Of a DNA stretch of 64,000 bases, positions 1-12,107 are shown one piece after another. Below the pieces are notes generated by a model, which searched no databases, was not told the origin of the DNA, and saw only the letters and a list, made by a program, of their open reading frames with translations. Origin of the DNA: Ramazzottius varieornatus (Eukaryota; Animalia; Tardigrada); contig BDGG01000002.1 in the NCBI GenBank assembly GCA_001949185.1, positions 7,430,448-7,494,447 on the forward strand. The letters run 5' to 3'. Each line of letters begins with the position of its first letter. Position 1 is the stretch's first letter. The translations under genes were made by a program, and so were the position numbers.

Positions 1-3000
1 ATGAGTTCGTTCTTCATGTCGCCGTTCCACAAGCTACGTTCTGTGAGGTCACGAAGAAGGTGTTGGTTGACGACTTGGAACTCGCCAGAGAGGACTCGAC
101 GAGCGAAGATGTTGCTGGTGTAGGGTTCGATGCTTTCATTGTTCCCGAGAATCTGCGCGGTGCTGGCGGTAGGCATGGGAGCCAGGAGAAGACTGTTACG
201 GAGACCATGCTGGGCGATCTTTGCCTTGAGAGCTGCCCAGTCGTGCAGATTGGAAGGTGTCACATTCCACATGTCATACTGGAGAATCTGTAAAACTAAA
301 GGTAAAAACAAAAAGCTCGTAAACCTAAACGGCTATGAGATGGAAACTTACTCCTCGGCTAGTAGGACTTCCGGCATAGGTTTCGTAAGGTCCGTGCTGT
401 TCTGCTAACTCGCAACTCTAAAAAAGAAGGTCCAGTCATCGTTGATCGACACGATAGGGAGAAAGTCTCATTAAAGTAATATTGAAAAACTAACCGCTTC
501 CAGTGCACCGTAGTAGATGGTCTCGAAAATCTGAATGTTCAGTTTCTGTGCTTCGGGACTGTCGAAAGGAAAGCGCATGAGAATAAAGGCGTCGGCCAAA
601 CCCTGGACGCCGATGCCGATGGGTCGGTGGCGGAAGTTGCTGCGTTTGGTCTGATTGACCACAAAAAAAACATAATGCAAAATCACCCCGCCACCTACAA
701 GAAGTAGCGTCTTACTTCGGGAGTGGGATAGTAGTTCACGTCGATGATCTTGTTCAGATTGTACGTGATGATCTTGCTCATTTCCTTCAGCTTGTCAAAG
801 TCGAAGGTAGCGTTGTCATTGACGTACATGTTCAGCGCGATCGACGCCAAGTTGCATACGGCAGTCTAGAAAAATATCCGGAGAAAATTATCAAAATTGG
901 CCCCACAGACAAAACAGAATCAGAAACGGTTGAATCCCATACCTCTTCTGGAGAGCTGTACTCGACGATCTCCGTGCACAGATTCGAGCACTTGATGGTA
1001 CCCAAGTTTTGCTGGTTGCTCTTTCGGTTGCAGTGGTCCTTGTAAACGATGAAAGGACTTCCGGTTTCTGCCTGAGCGTCCAGGATGGCGTGCCACAGTT
1101 TTTGAGCCGGGATGCGCTTCTTGTAGCGACCTCCTTGTTCGTACCTGGATAACACAATACGTGCTTCAGCCTTTTGATGTAAAATGGAAACGATGCTAGA
1201 AGACTTACCGATTATATAGTTCCTCGAACTCTTCGCCCCAAACGTCCGACAGTCCGGGGCTTTCGTGTGGGCACATCAAACACCAGTCGCCGTTCTCCTG
1301 GACGCGACGCATGAAGAGGTCGGGGATCCACAAGGCCAGAAAGAGATCTCGGGCTCGTTGCTCCTCGGACCCGGTGTTCTTCCGCAGTTCCAGAAAGTCG
1401 AAGACATCGGCGTGCCACGGCTCCAAGTAGATAGCGAAGGCACCCGGACGCTACAAAACCCGAATAAGCTCACGTTCACATCCTCTCACCCCCTCACAAC
1501 TTTCTTATAGACCGCTATCGGGGTTACTTACGATCTTACCTTATTGCCACCTTGGTCAACGTAGCGCGCTGTTGCGTTGTAGACTCGCAACATCGGCAAG
1601 AGTCCGTTCGAAATGCCATTCGTCTGCAAAATAAAAACCTGGTTAATGCTTCATTCATTGGGTTCTAATATTTTACAAACTTACACCAGCGATGTAAGAG
1701 CCAGTAGCGCGAATGCAATGGACATTCAGACCGATACCGCCGGCGGATTTCGAGATCATTGCGCACTGCTTCAGCGTGTCATAAATACCTTCGATGCTGT
1801 CGTCTTTCATGGTCAACAGGAAGCAACTATAGTTGGGAGAAACAGGGTAAAAACTTCAGAATACGCGACCTAGGCAAGCCAGTTCGCAATATTATTATTC
1901 CAAGTGGCGCACATTTTCAGCTAAAAATACTGCAAACGTGCGCCACTTGGGCAATAAATCTTATCAAGTTTGTTCACCGAGATCTCATGATTATAATAAT
2001 GTCAGTAACAAGGGCGCACCTCGAGAGCTGGTTTCTGGGTGTTCCGGCATTGAAGAGTGTCGGCGAAGCATGGGTGAAGTACTTTAGGGAAAGACAATGG
2101 TAGGTCTCGATAGCGGACTTGAGGTCCTCTCCGTGAATACCCAAAGCTACTCTCATTAGCATGTGCTGAGGTCGCTCTGCCACCTGCCCGTTGATTTTGA
2201 GCAGGTACGAGCGTTCCATAGTCTGAAATCGGAAAACAGAATGTCGGCACCGCAAAAAACTCACTGGTTTCACACACCAACAAGCGCGAATATGCCCAGG
2301 TTCTCTTGGAAAGATTGCTAACGTGGCGGAAGTCAGCTCGTCTACCACCAATTCTGGTAAGACTTTTGGTCCACACAGAGATCTCTCCGTTACACTTCCA
2401 CAAAAACGTTCGAGACTGAAAAATGTTGATAATTGTTATCGAAATTTACCTTGAAACCGAAGAAGCTGTAGCCCAAGTCGCGTTCGTATTTGATGGTCGA
2501 ATCCAAAAGCTGTAAAACAAGCAAAGCACGATGAGTACTTCTACACGAAGAGCTTCTTGACAGAATTACTGATTCATACCTCTGCATTCTTCACGACGAT
2601 GTTGTAGAGCTCCTCTGATACCATGGGAGATTTTTGCATAGTGCGAGGATTGACGTAATCTCGCAGTGACTGGACCACATCTGCATTTATAATTAGAAGA
2701 GAGCTCTTAGCAGAATAAATCAACGTCGAGTAACAACGAGAAGCAAATTCTTGTAATTCTGTACTCACCGCTGAATTTATCTTTTGTTTCTTTGTGTAGG
2801 TTGGTGACTGCGATGCGAGCTGCCAAGATGGCATAATCGGGATGGCGAACGGTAAGCGCAGCTGCTGTTTCCGCGGCCAACGTGTCCAGCTCCGTCGTGC
2901 TGATGCCCGAATATAAGCCATCGACGACCCGTTGAGTGATCACAGCCTACCAACCATAATACTGTTGAAAGTGTATCACCAAGTATCCTGCCAGAACGAT

Positions 3001-3629
3001 CACTCCTCATCCCAGGCGGAATCGCACTACCGACATCAGCCGAGACTTGGGCGATGAAGCCCGACAAGATCGCTATCCCAAGTGACGCACGCTTTCTGCT
3101 AATAACACTAAAAATCTGCGTCACTTGGAAAACAATCTGTCGACTTTTTCGCTAAGACCTAAACTGATCAACCCATCACGCCAAACAGCAGTTCGAACAG
3201 TTTGAGTTTAATGTTCTTACGGGATCTACAAAGTCACGGCTGAGTCCATAACACAACTTCTGGATGCGAGAGGTAATCTTGTCGAAGTGAACCGTTTCCT
3301 GTGTGCCATCTGAAAGAACAACTACCATCCAGTCAAACAGCGCTCAGATCCTAGACTCGCTTTTAGCTCACAAAATCCGTACTGCAAATAAATGTGTCTT
3401 CCACAACTTCTGCAGACTCGGGAGCCAGTCAGTCTACAAGCTCCCAAATCCGAATGACAGAACAATATGGGAAGCGACTTGGGAACGTACCTCGTTTGAC
3501 GACGAACATCTGGCTTTCAGGTAATCCTGGAGCGCCTGTCGACGTAGAGTTGCCGTTCAATGATGAGGCCTTCTTGTCCGCCAGCAACTCACTGAAGTTG
3601 AGAGATCGACGAGCTGTGGATCCTGGCAT
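1..3629 (-). CDS. RRM1: Ribonucleoside-diphosphate reductase large subunit (multi-exon; 3' end lies beyond window start)
   Basis: Spliced ORFs give MFVVKR|[23 protein letters not shown] (ATP cone), [35 protein letters not shown], the catalytic region [10 protein letters not shown] and [12 protein letters not shown]; in-frame ATG at 3629. Confidence 0.97.
1902..1948. repeat. N25 palindrome copy 1 (RRM1 intron)
   Basis: AAGTGGCGCAC-25nt-GTGCGCCACTT. Confidence 0.9.
3080..3126. repeat. N25 palindrome copy 2 (RRM1 intron)
   Basis: AAGTGACGCAC-25nt-CTGCGTCACTT (compensated G>A / C>T). Confidence 0.88.
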
Positions 3630-3861
3630 CTTGGATAAGGTTGGAAGCTACCTCCGAGGCAGCCTAAACGGTTAACGCTTCCCCTGCCAGAATGTCCCGT
3701 TCCGTAACCTGCAGGCAGAACGAAATGGGAAGGCTTACCAGCACTCTTCTCTTCTTACGTCCGTTCAAAAGCAACGTCCGAACAAGAAATGCAGCTCCTC
3801 AGCCTCAGATTCGGAGGAAGAATGAGACACAAAATACAGAACGCAAGTTTTGAGGTAAAAC

Positions 3862-3870
3862 GGCGGGAAA
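3862..3870 (-). promoter_or_regulatory. E2F-type site TTTCCCGCC upstream of RRM1
   Basis: GGCGGGAAA on + strand about 230 bp upstream of the RRM1 ATG; RRM1 is a known E2F target in animals. Confidence 0.45.
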
Positions 3871-4371
3871 TGGTTTTATCTTGGTTTTGCTCCTTTTGGA
3901 GAATGCTGAGAATGGACGAGGTAGGCAGACAGCTGATTTGCAACTTTCACTGAGGTAGAGTGGAGAGCGCATCAGCGAGCTGGGCGGGTGCGGTCCGTAC
4001 GTACAGCGTTCTGTCTGATTAGTGATTACACTGGTTAGGAGGGTAGAGCAAATACGAATCCGCCCAGGGCCCAGGCTGGCATGGATATGCGGATAAAGGG
4101 ATTCGTGCTGGCCTGCCAAATTTCACTATCCGCAGTGGTGTTTGTCAAGCGGTTGGATGTTTCATACAAGTACACTCATGCCGATGTGAATCCGCCTTGT
4201 GGCACTTTTGTCGGGACCAGGGTTCGAAAGTTAATTCAGCCAAGTTTGATCCAGCAGCAAACTTGCGATTCCGGTTTTTCATTTGAGCGAAATTCGTTTG
4301 CAAGCTTTGATTTCTCCTCGATACATTTCGCTTCTTCTACCGGAAATCGCGCAGCCACTCCGCTCTTCACA

Positions 4372-4869
4372 ATGGAACACGTTACGAAGGAGAAGCACGA
4401 AGTCCACAGGTGAGTGAATGTTGTGAAGCTGAAGTACGATCGTGATGACTTCCTTGTTCATCAAACGTGCTTCGTGGTTCTTTTAGTGACGGATCCGAGA
4501 AGCACACCATCAAGACTGGCATGGAAGACAACCGAACGCTGGGTGACAAGATGCACGCTGCCAAAGATGCCTACAAGGGAGGTCCCGAGGACAAGGCTCG
4601 AGTTACCACCGAGAAGCACCACGTTGAAGGTTTGTGATTCTGATAAACATGTCTGTTGTGGCTTTCGATCTAATACGTACTTCCGCCACTTTCGATCCAG
4701 GTTTTCTCTAAATCCCGGTTCATCTGAAGGGAGTTGATTATATCGATAATTGTGTTGTCTTTGAACAGGTGGTCATGCTACCCACGAAATCAAGTCTGAT
4801 GTGAAGGACCAGCGCACCATGGGCGAGAAGCTGGGCGACGCCAAGGATGCCTTTACCGGAAAGCACTGA
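4372..4869 (+). CDS. 93-aa hydrophilic His/Lys/Glu-rich two-repeat protein, LEA/hydrophilin-like (exons 4372-4409, 4487-4629, 4769-4869)
   Basis: Canonical GT-AG splicing joins three exons into an open 282-nt frame: MEHVTKEKHEVHSDGSEKHTIKTGMEDNRTLGDKMHAAKDAYKGGPEDKARVTTEKHHVEGGHATHEIKSDVKDQRTMGEKLGDAKDAFTGKH*; AATAAA at about 5084. Confidence 0.85.
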
Positions 4870-6782
4870 ATCATGACTTTTTCTGCATTGGCTTCTCTTA
4901 ACCTGCTGTTAGTGTCGAGTAAAGCATTTTATTGAAGATAGGACTGGCTTGATTTCTAGGTGCTTCTTTCGTCACATATCTTGCAAAGTGTAAAAGGTTC
5001 GAGGACGTTTCCACATGATGCAAGGTTGACAGCAAATTCTTGACTTCGGTCTTTTCATAGCCCAGCTTAATGCCGCCTGCAGGAATAAAACATCGTCTCC
5101 ATCGAGACTTCAGATTTTAAACTCTGAGTTTAACGTCTACTTGATAGCCTACGATGCCCGACCGCGTGTTCCAACAGGTTTACGGCAGTGTACGTTCTCG
5201 AAGCCCTGAGGCCGCGGGAGCAGGCAGAGCTAGCACCAGGAAATCCATAAGTGACAGTTCCAATATCCAACTATTAAAACGACATCGCTAGCCGTTAGAT
5301 GCGGTGCCGGAAGCCGGAAGTCCCTGGCCGTATAGTGCAAAACTCGGAGACCAAGCGTGCATGACACCTCTGACCGTTAGAACTTCTGCCTTATTTCTAT
5401 ATGTACAATCAGAAATTCGACGTAACTACTTACAGTATATCTACCACCTGAAACGAAGAATGGTAGAGTCTTTCGCTGATGGAGAAAGAGTCTCGTTTCA
5501 TTCAAATACCGAATCAACCGGAAGCGGAAGTATAACAAGGCAGATCTGGTTTGGCGCAGCGTGCGCCATACATTAACTTACGTAGCTCCGCTTGCTTGTT
5601 GAGCTCCTCTCTGCTCACAATTTACTGCGCTAAAACGGGAGCACAAACACGGCAGGCAGTTCTGGCTACGAATAGCCTTACGAATAGCATTTAGGTTTCC
5701 GATTCGAACGTGATGTGTGTGATGATGAGTCTAGTGGGATATGAACACCTTCGTGAGCCCATAATTTAAGCACGGCGTCCGCAGATGGGACAGATAGCGT
5801 CCCTGGTTAACACTTCCGGCATCTTCGAGTGTGGCAATGTGTTAACGAGCTCGCGGAGATCAGATCTTTGTATCCGTGCTCGGAAGCGAATGGCCAGATC
5901 ATATTTTCGACACTGTTGTAGTTCGTGCTGGAAAGCGAATGGCCACAAGGTTTTCCGACTAACGGCGAATTCAAGAACCTGGTGCCGCATAGAAGGAAGA
6001 ATCCATAGATTGTCCAGTGAACCTGGCATGGGTCCGGTCGATACGACGCGTCGTGATGGACACCCCACTCCATTGCAAGCGCTGTAGCCGACATGTTTCT
6101 TACCGATGTACAGCTATAACGGTCACAAAAGAGTCGAAAGGTTACTTTAGTCTCAGCAAAGAAGCACTTCCGCTTCATAATGTCCATCAACAATCCAAAA
6201 CCTAATGGCACCGCAAGTTTGGATGACCATGTCAGAATTTTCTCGTCATCGGTCGCTACCTCTCGTGGCGCGTCTACCTTCATGAAACATTGAAAAGGCC
6301 TCTGCAATCGCTTTGCGCTACTCTAGCTCGTTGAATTCAAATGGCCATGCTTCGGCTTCCAGATCATATTTCCGACAGTGTTGCTGTCAGCCATTTCTTA
6401 CTCCAAAAGGAAGGACCGAGAAAGAAATTTACGATCTATTTTCGCGCGAAGCGGTGTCTACTTTGCACAGTCCTTGGAGGATGAAGTGGAGCATGACAGG
6501 AGGAGCATTGTGTTTTGTAACAGCATGACTAAGCTATCGAACTGAAGTCATCAAAGAAGGTAACTCAATCTTTACTTACCTGTTTTCTGAACGTCTTTGA
6601 CCGTGCATGTTGTGTATAACAATTTTCTATCATGGTGGTACCGGCCAACGGAAGTTGACCTTATAGAGCGGTGCGTACTGTAACTCGGTACAGCATCAGT
6701 ATCACTAGATTTAATCGATAAAAAAGCTCAGATTTCAACGAGTAAAATAATCTCAACGGTTTGCGATACCATTCTGGAGAAG

Positions 6783-7993
6783 CTATGAAACAAGTGTGAC
6801 CATATCCTCCTTCAGTAGAAACAGATCTGGATATTTTTTGAGAAACTTGTCGAACTTGCGATTGGCGTACTCTCGAAAGTCATCTGTCTGCTCCGTGGCA
6901 CCTGACGAAGATGCAAAGGACTTTAACACCTACGAAGAACCACAAATCTATATGGATTACAACGTAGGAATCTTTTCCTAACGCGAAAGCACAACGAAAG
7001 GACGATCAGTTGCGCGTAAACTTGATAAGTTTGTACCTTCTTCCGTAATTTCTTTCCGGACATAGTGAACCCGTCTGCTTCGGAAAGAACATTCTTTATA
7101 CCTTTCTTCCATTTGAACTTCACAGAAGTTTCGCCTGATAGACTCCCTTTGTTTAACGAAGGTTTAAGCGAAGCAGCGGAGGTATTCATATGGTCCGAAT
7201 GGCCGTTTGCTTTCAACTTCTTATTCGGAGGGTCTATCCTAGCTTCCTCTTCGCCCGAAGCGTTCGGAGCCTTCTTACTGCCATTAACTGCAGCAGGAGG
7301 AACTTGAGATGGAGTATCTGTGGGTACAGCCGGCGAGGAACCCGTAGGCTGGAAAGCAGGTTTCGCCAGAGTATCCTTCGACTTGACGATATCCCATATG
7401 GAAGAGATAAGGCGCTGATCGTGAACTCTCATACTGTTCTGCACAAAATTCTGCAAAATAGAGAGCGACGATCGTGGATGGAAATCATGGAATAGATGAT
7501 GGAGCAAGTTCCGAGCAGTATTCTACTATAACTGGTTTGTAAAACTCACCTTGAATTTCGTTTCCTTTCGCGGGACGTTGTCGTACGTAAGGAGCCTTTC
7601 GAGGGTCATTTTGAGTTTAGGATCGTTCGACCTGGCCGACACGATGGCGTTTTGGATACTTTCCGTCCATGCATCTTGTTTCTTCTTGCCGGAATTAGAC
7701 GACTCTTTGGCCTTGTAATCTTTCCCATGCCACTTTTCTTCCTCGGTGATACACCTGCGTGTAACATCAGGGAATGCATCTGTGAAACTGTCAGAGCAAA
7801 CAGCCGATATGCGAGTAACAAGCGAAAGGAGAAAGACTTACGCGTTATGTGTACGGAAGGATTCTCCTGGAAAGGTTTTGCCGCAGTCGATGCAGGATAA
7901 CGTGGTGCAGTTCCGACACTGAGTCTGGCAATGCTTGTCGACAGCGGCCTTCTTCACTGATTCTCCGCAACTACCGCAAACGAACACAACCAT
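6783..7993 (-). CDS. LYAR: Cell growth-regulating nucleolar protein (LYAR-type zinc finger)
   Basis: MVVFVCGSCGESVKKAAVDKHC...CIDCGKTF...HNACITEEEKW, YDNVPRKETKFKNFVQNSMR, and C-terminal KFKWKKGIKNVL domain. Confidence 0.92.
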
Positions 7994-8319
7994 CCTTCCT
8001 TCGAGTTCTCCCGATCCTCCGCTTCGGACTTCCGGCGTTATGACTGTGAGAATGAGGATTGCTCAGGCTTGTCAAGGCTTGAAGCTTGTGCGGCTGCCAG
8101 AGTTGTTCACTCAAGGACTCCAATCAATTCACACCAGTAATATTGCGCAATGGCTACTGCGACTTTCCTATCGCAACTTCCCCATTGTCGGCTAATTGGA
8201 GTTGTTCGTTAGAAGTTCGTTTGTTCGGCCAGTTAGCTGACGCAGTAGGTTCTGCGACTGTCTACAGTTGACCCATTTTGCTCTTTTGTTTCAGAGGACA
8301 TCTATGCTGTACAGAAACT

Positions 8320-10278
8320 ATGGACGGATTCAGCGGAACACTTCGGTTAACCGATTTGAACGACTTCATGGCACCAGCGCAGGTAGATCTTATCAGTTAC
8401 TTCCGCTTCCGGTGGAGCATCATCGCGTGTTGCTGACAGGCGACAGCCGTGCATATTGTGTTCTGACAAAAAAGATATTTAGGAATGCATCAAGCCAGTC
8501 ACAATCAACCGGATTCCCGAGAAGGGAAGATCGATCAAGATCACGGCGTCGGGCGATTATTCCGAAGTCGACGCGAAAGGACAGGAGAAGAAGCTGGAAA
8601 AGGCTGCCATAACGCTGAGCGACTGTCTCGCATGTAGCGGTTGCGTCACATCGGCGGAAACTGTCCTGATCCAGCAGCAAAGCGTGGACGAGCTGCTCAG
8701 AGTTATTAGGGAAAACCTGGAGGTACTTTCGGACCGATTGTTTGAATTCTATACTTGGTACGAGGACTAAGATCTTTGCTTATGTCTGCCCAGGTTCCCG
8801 CCGATCAACGACGAATCATCGTTGCTTCCGTTTCGCTACAATCCGTCGCTTCGCTCGCAAGAAGATATAGACTGACTATGCGTCAGTGCCAACAAAAGGT
8901 CTCGGGATATCTTCGGTCGCTCGGGGTAGACAGGATATACGACTTGAGTGCGGCTTCTGCTTTGGCGCTTACCGAAAGTCAGAGGGAGTTCGTGGACCGC
9001 GCTCGGCGGAACGATCCTGGTTCGTTACCTATGTTGGCTTCCGCTTGCCCAGGTACGACATCCAGCCTCACCCAAGCCATCCGGTCTCTTTCGTTTTGCG
9101 GTTGTAATAATGTATGTCTCGGTTGCAGGATGGATATGTTACGCGGAGAAGACCCACGGTTCCTGGGTCCTTCCTTACATAAATACTACGAAGTCCCCGC
9201 AGCAGATTCAGGGTGCTCTCATCAAGAAGTATTTATCGAGAGCTGATCACCAGAATCCTGGGAAGTATTATCACGCCACGCTGATGATGTGCTACGACAA
9301 GAAACTGGAAGCGAGCAGGGAGGACTTTTACGATGATGTGCTCCGGTCACGCGAAGTTGACTGCGTCGTAACTTCTTGTAAGTATACGTACGTTTCTCTA
9401 TGTTACTCCATTGGACTGCTGCAGGTGTTTCTTCCAAGAGTTCGAAGTGGTTGTGATGAATGGTGGTTTGTAGTAGAGATGGAGCAAATGCTGGAAAAGA
9501 AAGGAGTGCTATTGGACCAAGTTTGTTCGTCGGACTTTGATCTGCTTCCGGGTTTATCGACGGAGTTCTACAACTCTGGTGGCGGAGCTGGTGGCTACCT
9601 GGAAAACATCCTACGACATGCTGCGAGAGAACTCTTCCAGTACGAAGTTGGCCCAGTGGAATATAAAACCATAAGGTACGACAATATTTGGACGCAGACG
9701 ACTGCTTTCCACGTTAAAAGATGCATGATTTCTCCCAATTCCTGTACTTAATGATTATTTTTATATCATCGTTTGTAGGAACCAAGATTTCCGAGAAACC
9801 ACCGTTACAATTAACGGCGAACTGAAGCTGTACTTCGCAGCGGCTTATGGATTCCGGAACATACAGAACATCGTCCAAAAGCTGAAACGCTCTAAGTGCC
9901 CGTACGGCTTTGTGGAAATCATGGCGTGTCCTTCCGGTAACGATTATTGATCCTACTACTGCTCGATTATTTTGGATCCGAATATCAATCTTGTACGAGT
10001 ACTGTATGGTGATGAATGTGGTGGTTTGCCTTGTAGCTTGTCTGAATGGTGGAGGACAAATTCGTGCACCGGACGCAGCGGAAGCGAAAGTTTGGTTGCA
10101 AGACGTTCAAGAGCTCTTCGACTCACTGGAAAAGACTGATGCGGGTTCAAACATTCCTTGGCTGGATGGCTTGTACCGAACACTGCGCGACGATCCTTCT
10201 ACGGAACCCTCGAAGTTACTTCACACGCAGTACCATTCTTTAGAAAATAAGGGTACTGCCTTGAATATAAAATGGTGA
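8320..10278 (+). CDS. CIAO3: Cytosolic Fe-S cluster assembly factor Nar1/IOP1 (iron-only hydrogenase-like)
   Basis: [18 protein letters not shown]|[79 protein letters not shown]...IKW*. Confidence 0.96.
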
Positions 10279-10766
10279 GTCCGAAGTCCAGCACGTGCGA
10301 AAAGCAATTGCTCAACGAGGGCCTAAAGATTAAAGACCAATAGGGTATTTACTCAAGCAAACGTTTCCTCTGATTACTGTGATAGCTAAACAGTTATCTA
10401 ACTGGGAAGAATAACCGCAAGTAAAAAAATTGTACGGTGAAGTAAAGAAAGAACGTTTAGCTGAGATTTAACGAAGAAACTATAAAGCAGAGTTCTGGCA
10501 AAGCTCGTAGTGAAACATGATACTGCAAACCAAGGTTGAAGTAAAGTAAAGTGAGAACGGAATTCAGACCTTCGAAACATTTCGCGCGTTCCTCACATAC
10601 GTAAGTGTACATGTAAGAGCCACTGTAAAACTAGGGAATGAATAAACGGCAAAAACAGCCGGACATAATCAGCTAAAATTTGTAAGATTGCGTCATTAGC
10701 GTGGACAATAGTAAGAATTTGCGTGAAAAGGATCGTCTTCTCCTTTCTCGACGGAACGCAGTCCAC

Positions 10767-11349
10767 TTAGTCTGAGACCAGACAAACTAGAAAAAAAAAC
10801 CGAAGAGCTCGATTACCACTCGATTACCACTTGTGTCACAGGTTTAGTTCTGTTGGAAACATACGGAATATCCAGACAAAGATCCAGGGCCAGAAGAGAA
10901 GGGTGATACAGCAGTGCAGACAATGGTTCACTGAGCTATATCTGCGAACAGAAGTAAGACTGTTGCACTAGAAGAGTCCAGGAACATTTCTCGATGAAGG
11001 ATGGGAAATAAAGAAGAGAGAGCTAACCTTTCGACCACTACAGTTCTGGTGGTCGTTGGTGGTGGAAGCATAGTCACCGTAACGACCTGAAGAAAGCGAA
11101 GCCAGTGTCAAGACAAAGATGTAAGAAGGTCCTTGGTTCACAATCTCGTACCTGAGGTCGTACCTGTGGATCCTGATAGCCATGTTGCGCGAACGCAGAG
11201 GAGATCGGAGGTGGCGGTGGTCCGTGCGTGGCTTGGCTGTTCAGATCTACGACAGGTCGATACTGCGTGTACTTCCCCGCATCTCCTGCACCATTCTGCG
11301 CAGCGAGTTTTCCAGCCAGTGCTTCCTCGTAAGTCGGAGGAGCTTCCAT
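10767..11349 (-). CDS. Small Pro-rich protein with N-terminal PPTY motif and Cys/His-containing hydrophobic C-terminus (4 exons)
   Basis: Spliced: MEAPPTYEEAL...GPPPPP...DPQ|VVTVTMLPPPTTTRTVVVER|YSSVNHCLHCCITLLFWPWIFVWIF|LCLVSD*. Confidence 0.75.
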
Positions 11350-12107
11350 TTTCCTGTATCGAAGGAACGCACAAACGTTAATTCCGCACAGTCTCGCTAA
11401 TAAGTATTAAGGAGCAATATGGACAGTTTCAAGACTTCACCCAAGCTTCAAACTGTCCCATCTGGAAGGACACCTATTTGGACTTACCTCAGCTTACCTC
11501 AGCTGTTCCACTTCTTCAACTTCCCAGACGGAGCCTTAATGGTGAGTAGCTCCTTCGTCAGATACTGGATCCTTCCCCGAATCGACTCTTGGCACGTACG
11601 TCCGACTGAGAATGACGAATCCTTTCGGACTTCTTGAGGACAAAGTATGACACTCGGGTTGTGGTAGAACAGATGCCAGGTGGGTCTCAAAAGTACAGCT
11701 TACTGCTTCTCACGTAAAATCCGAACAACGGCACTCAGGTAGCCTCGAGGATACCTAGAAGGCGAGAAGATGACGAACCTTCTGGTTGTAACGACAAACG
11801 TTTGGTAACGATATCGATAGAAAATTTGATCTGCGAAATTGCGACGATGGAATAAAACAGTTAAAACAAATCCGACCAATGACTGACTGGGAAAGGCGGA
11901 GCTCCGTATACTACCCGTTGGCCAGGAACCCTGGAACAGCTGGCAGCCTTGGCACTTTGATCTCCATCTGTCTGCGAGAGGGAGAGTGGGACATCCTGGT
12001 CAACGGAGGTAAGTTCTGTTCCCATTTTGATCCTTTTGCAGACTCTGTTAAGCTGTGCCAAAAGCTCGCAAGTCTTTAATTTCAGTATTACGATACGGTC
12101 GCAGATT

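Noticed and set aside
3509-3629. 40-aa N-terminal extension on RRM1 as a novelty
   Set aside because: Variable N-terminal extensions ahead of the ATP cone occur in other invertebrate RNR large subunits, and the true start is uncertain
5552-5568. TGGCGCAGCGTGCGCCA as a collapsed N25 element
   Set aside because: Only 7-bp arms, no family flanks; could be chance
5718-5760. Possible C/D snoRNA (GTGATGA box C)
   Set aside because: No properly placed CTGA D box or terminal stem found
10808-10831. 12-bp tandem duplication CTCGATTACCA in an intron
   Set aside because: Ordinary slippage duplication
11812-11819. DRE-like TATCGATA here and at 61354-61361 in divergent promoters
   Set aside because: The 8-mer also occurs in an intron (4741); insufficient evidence of function
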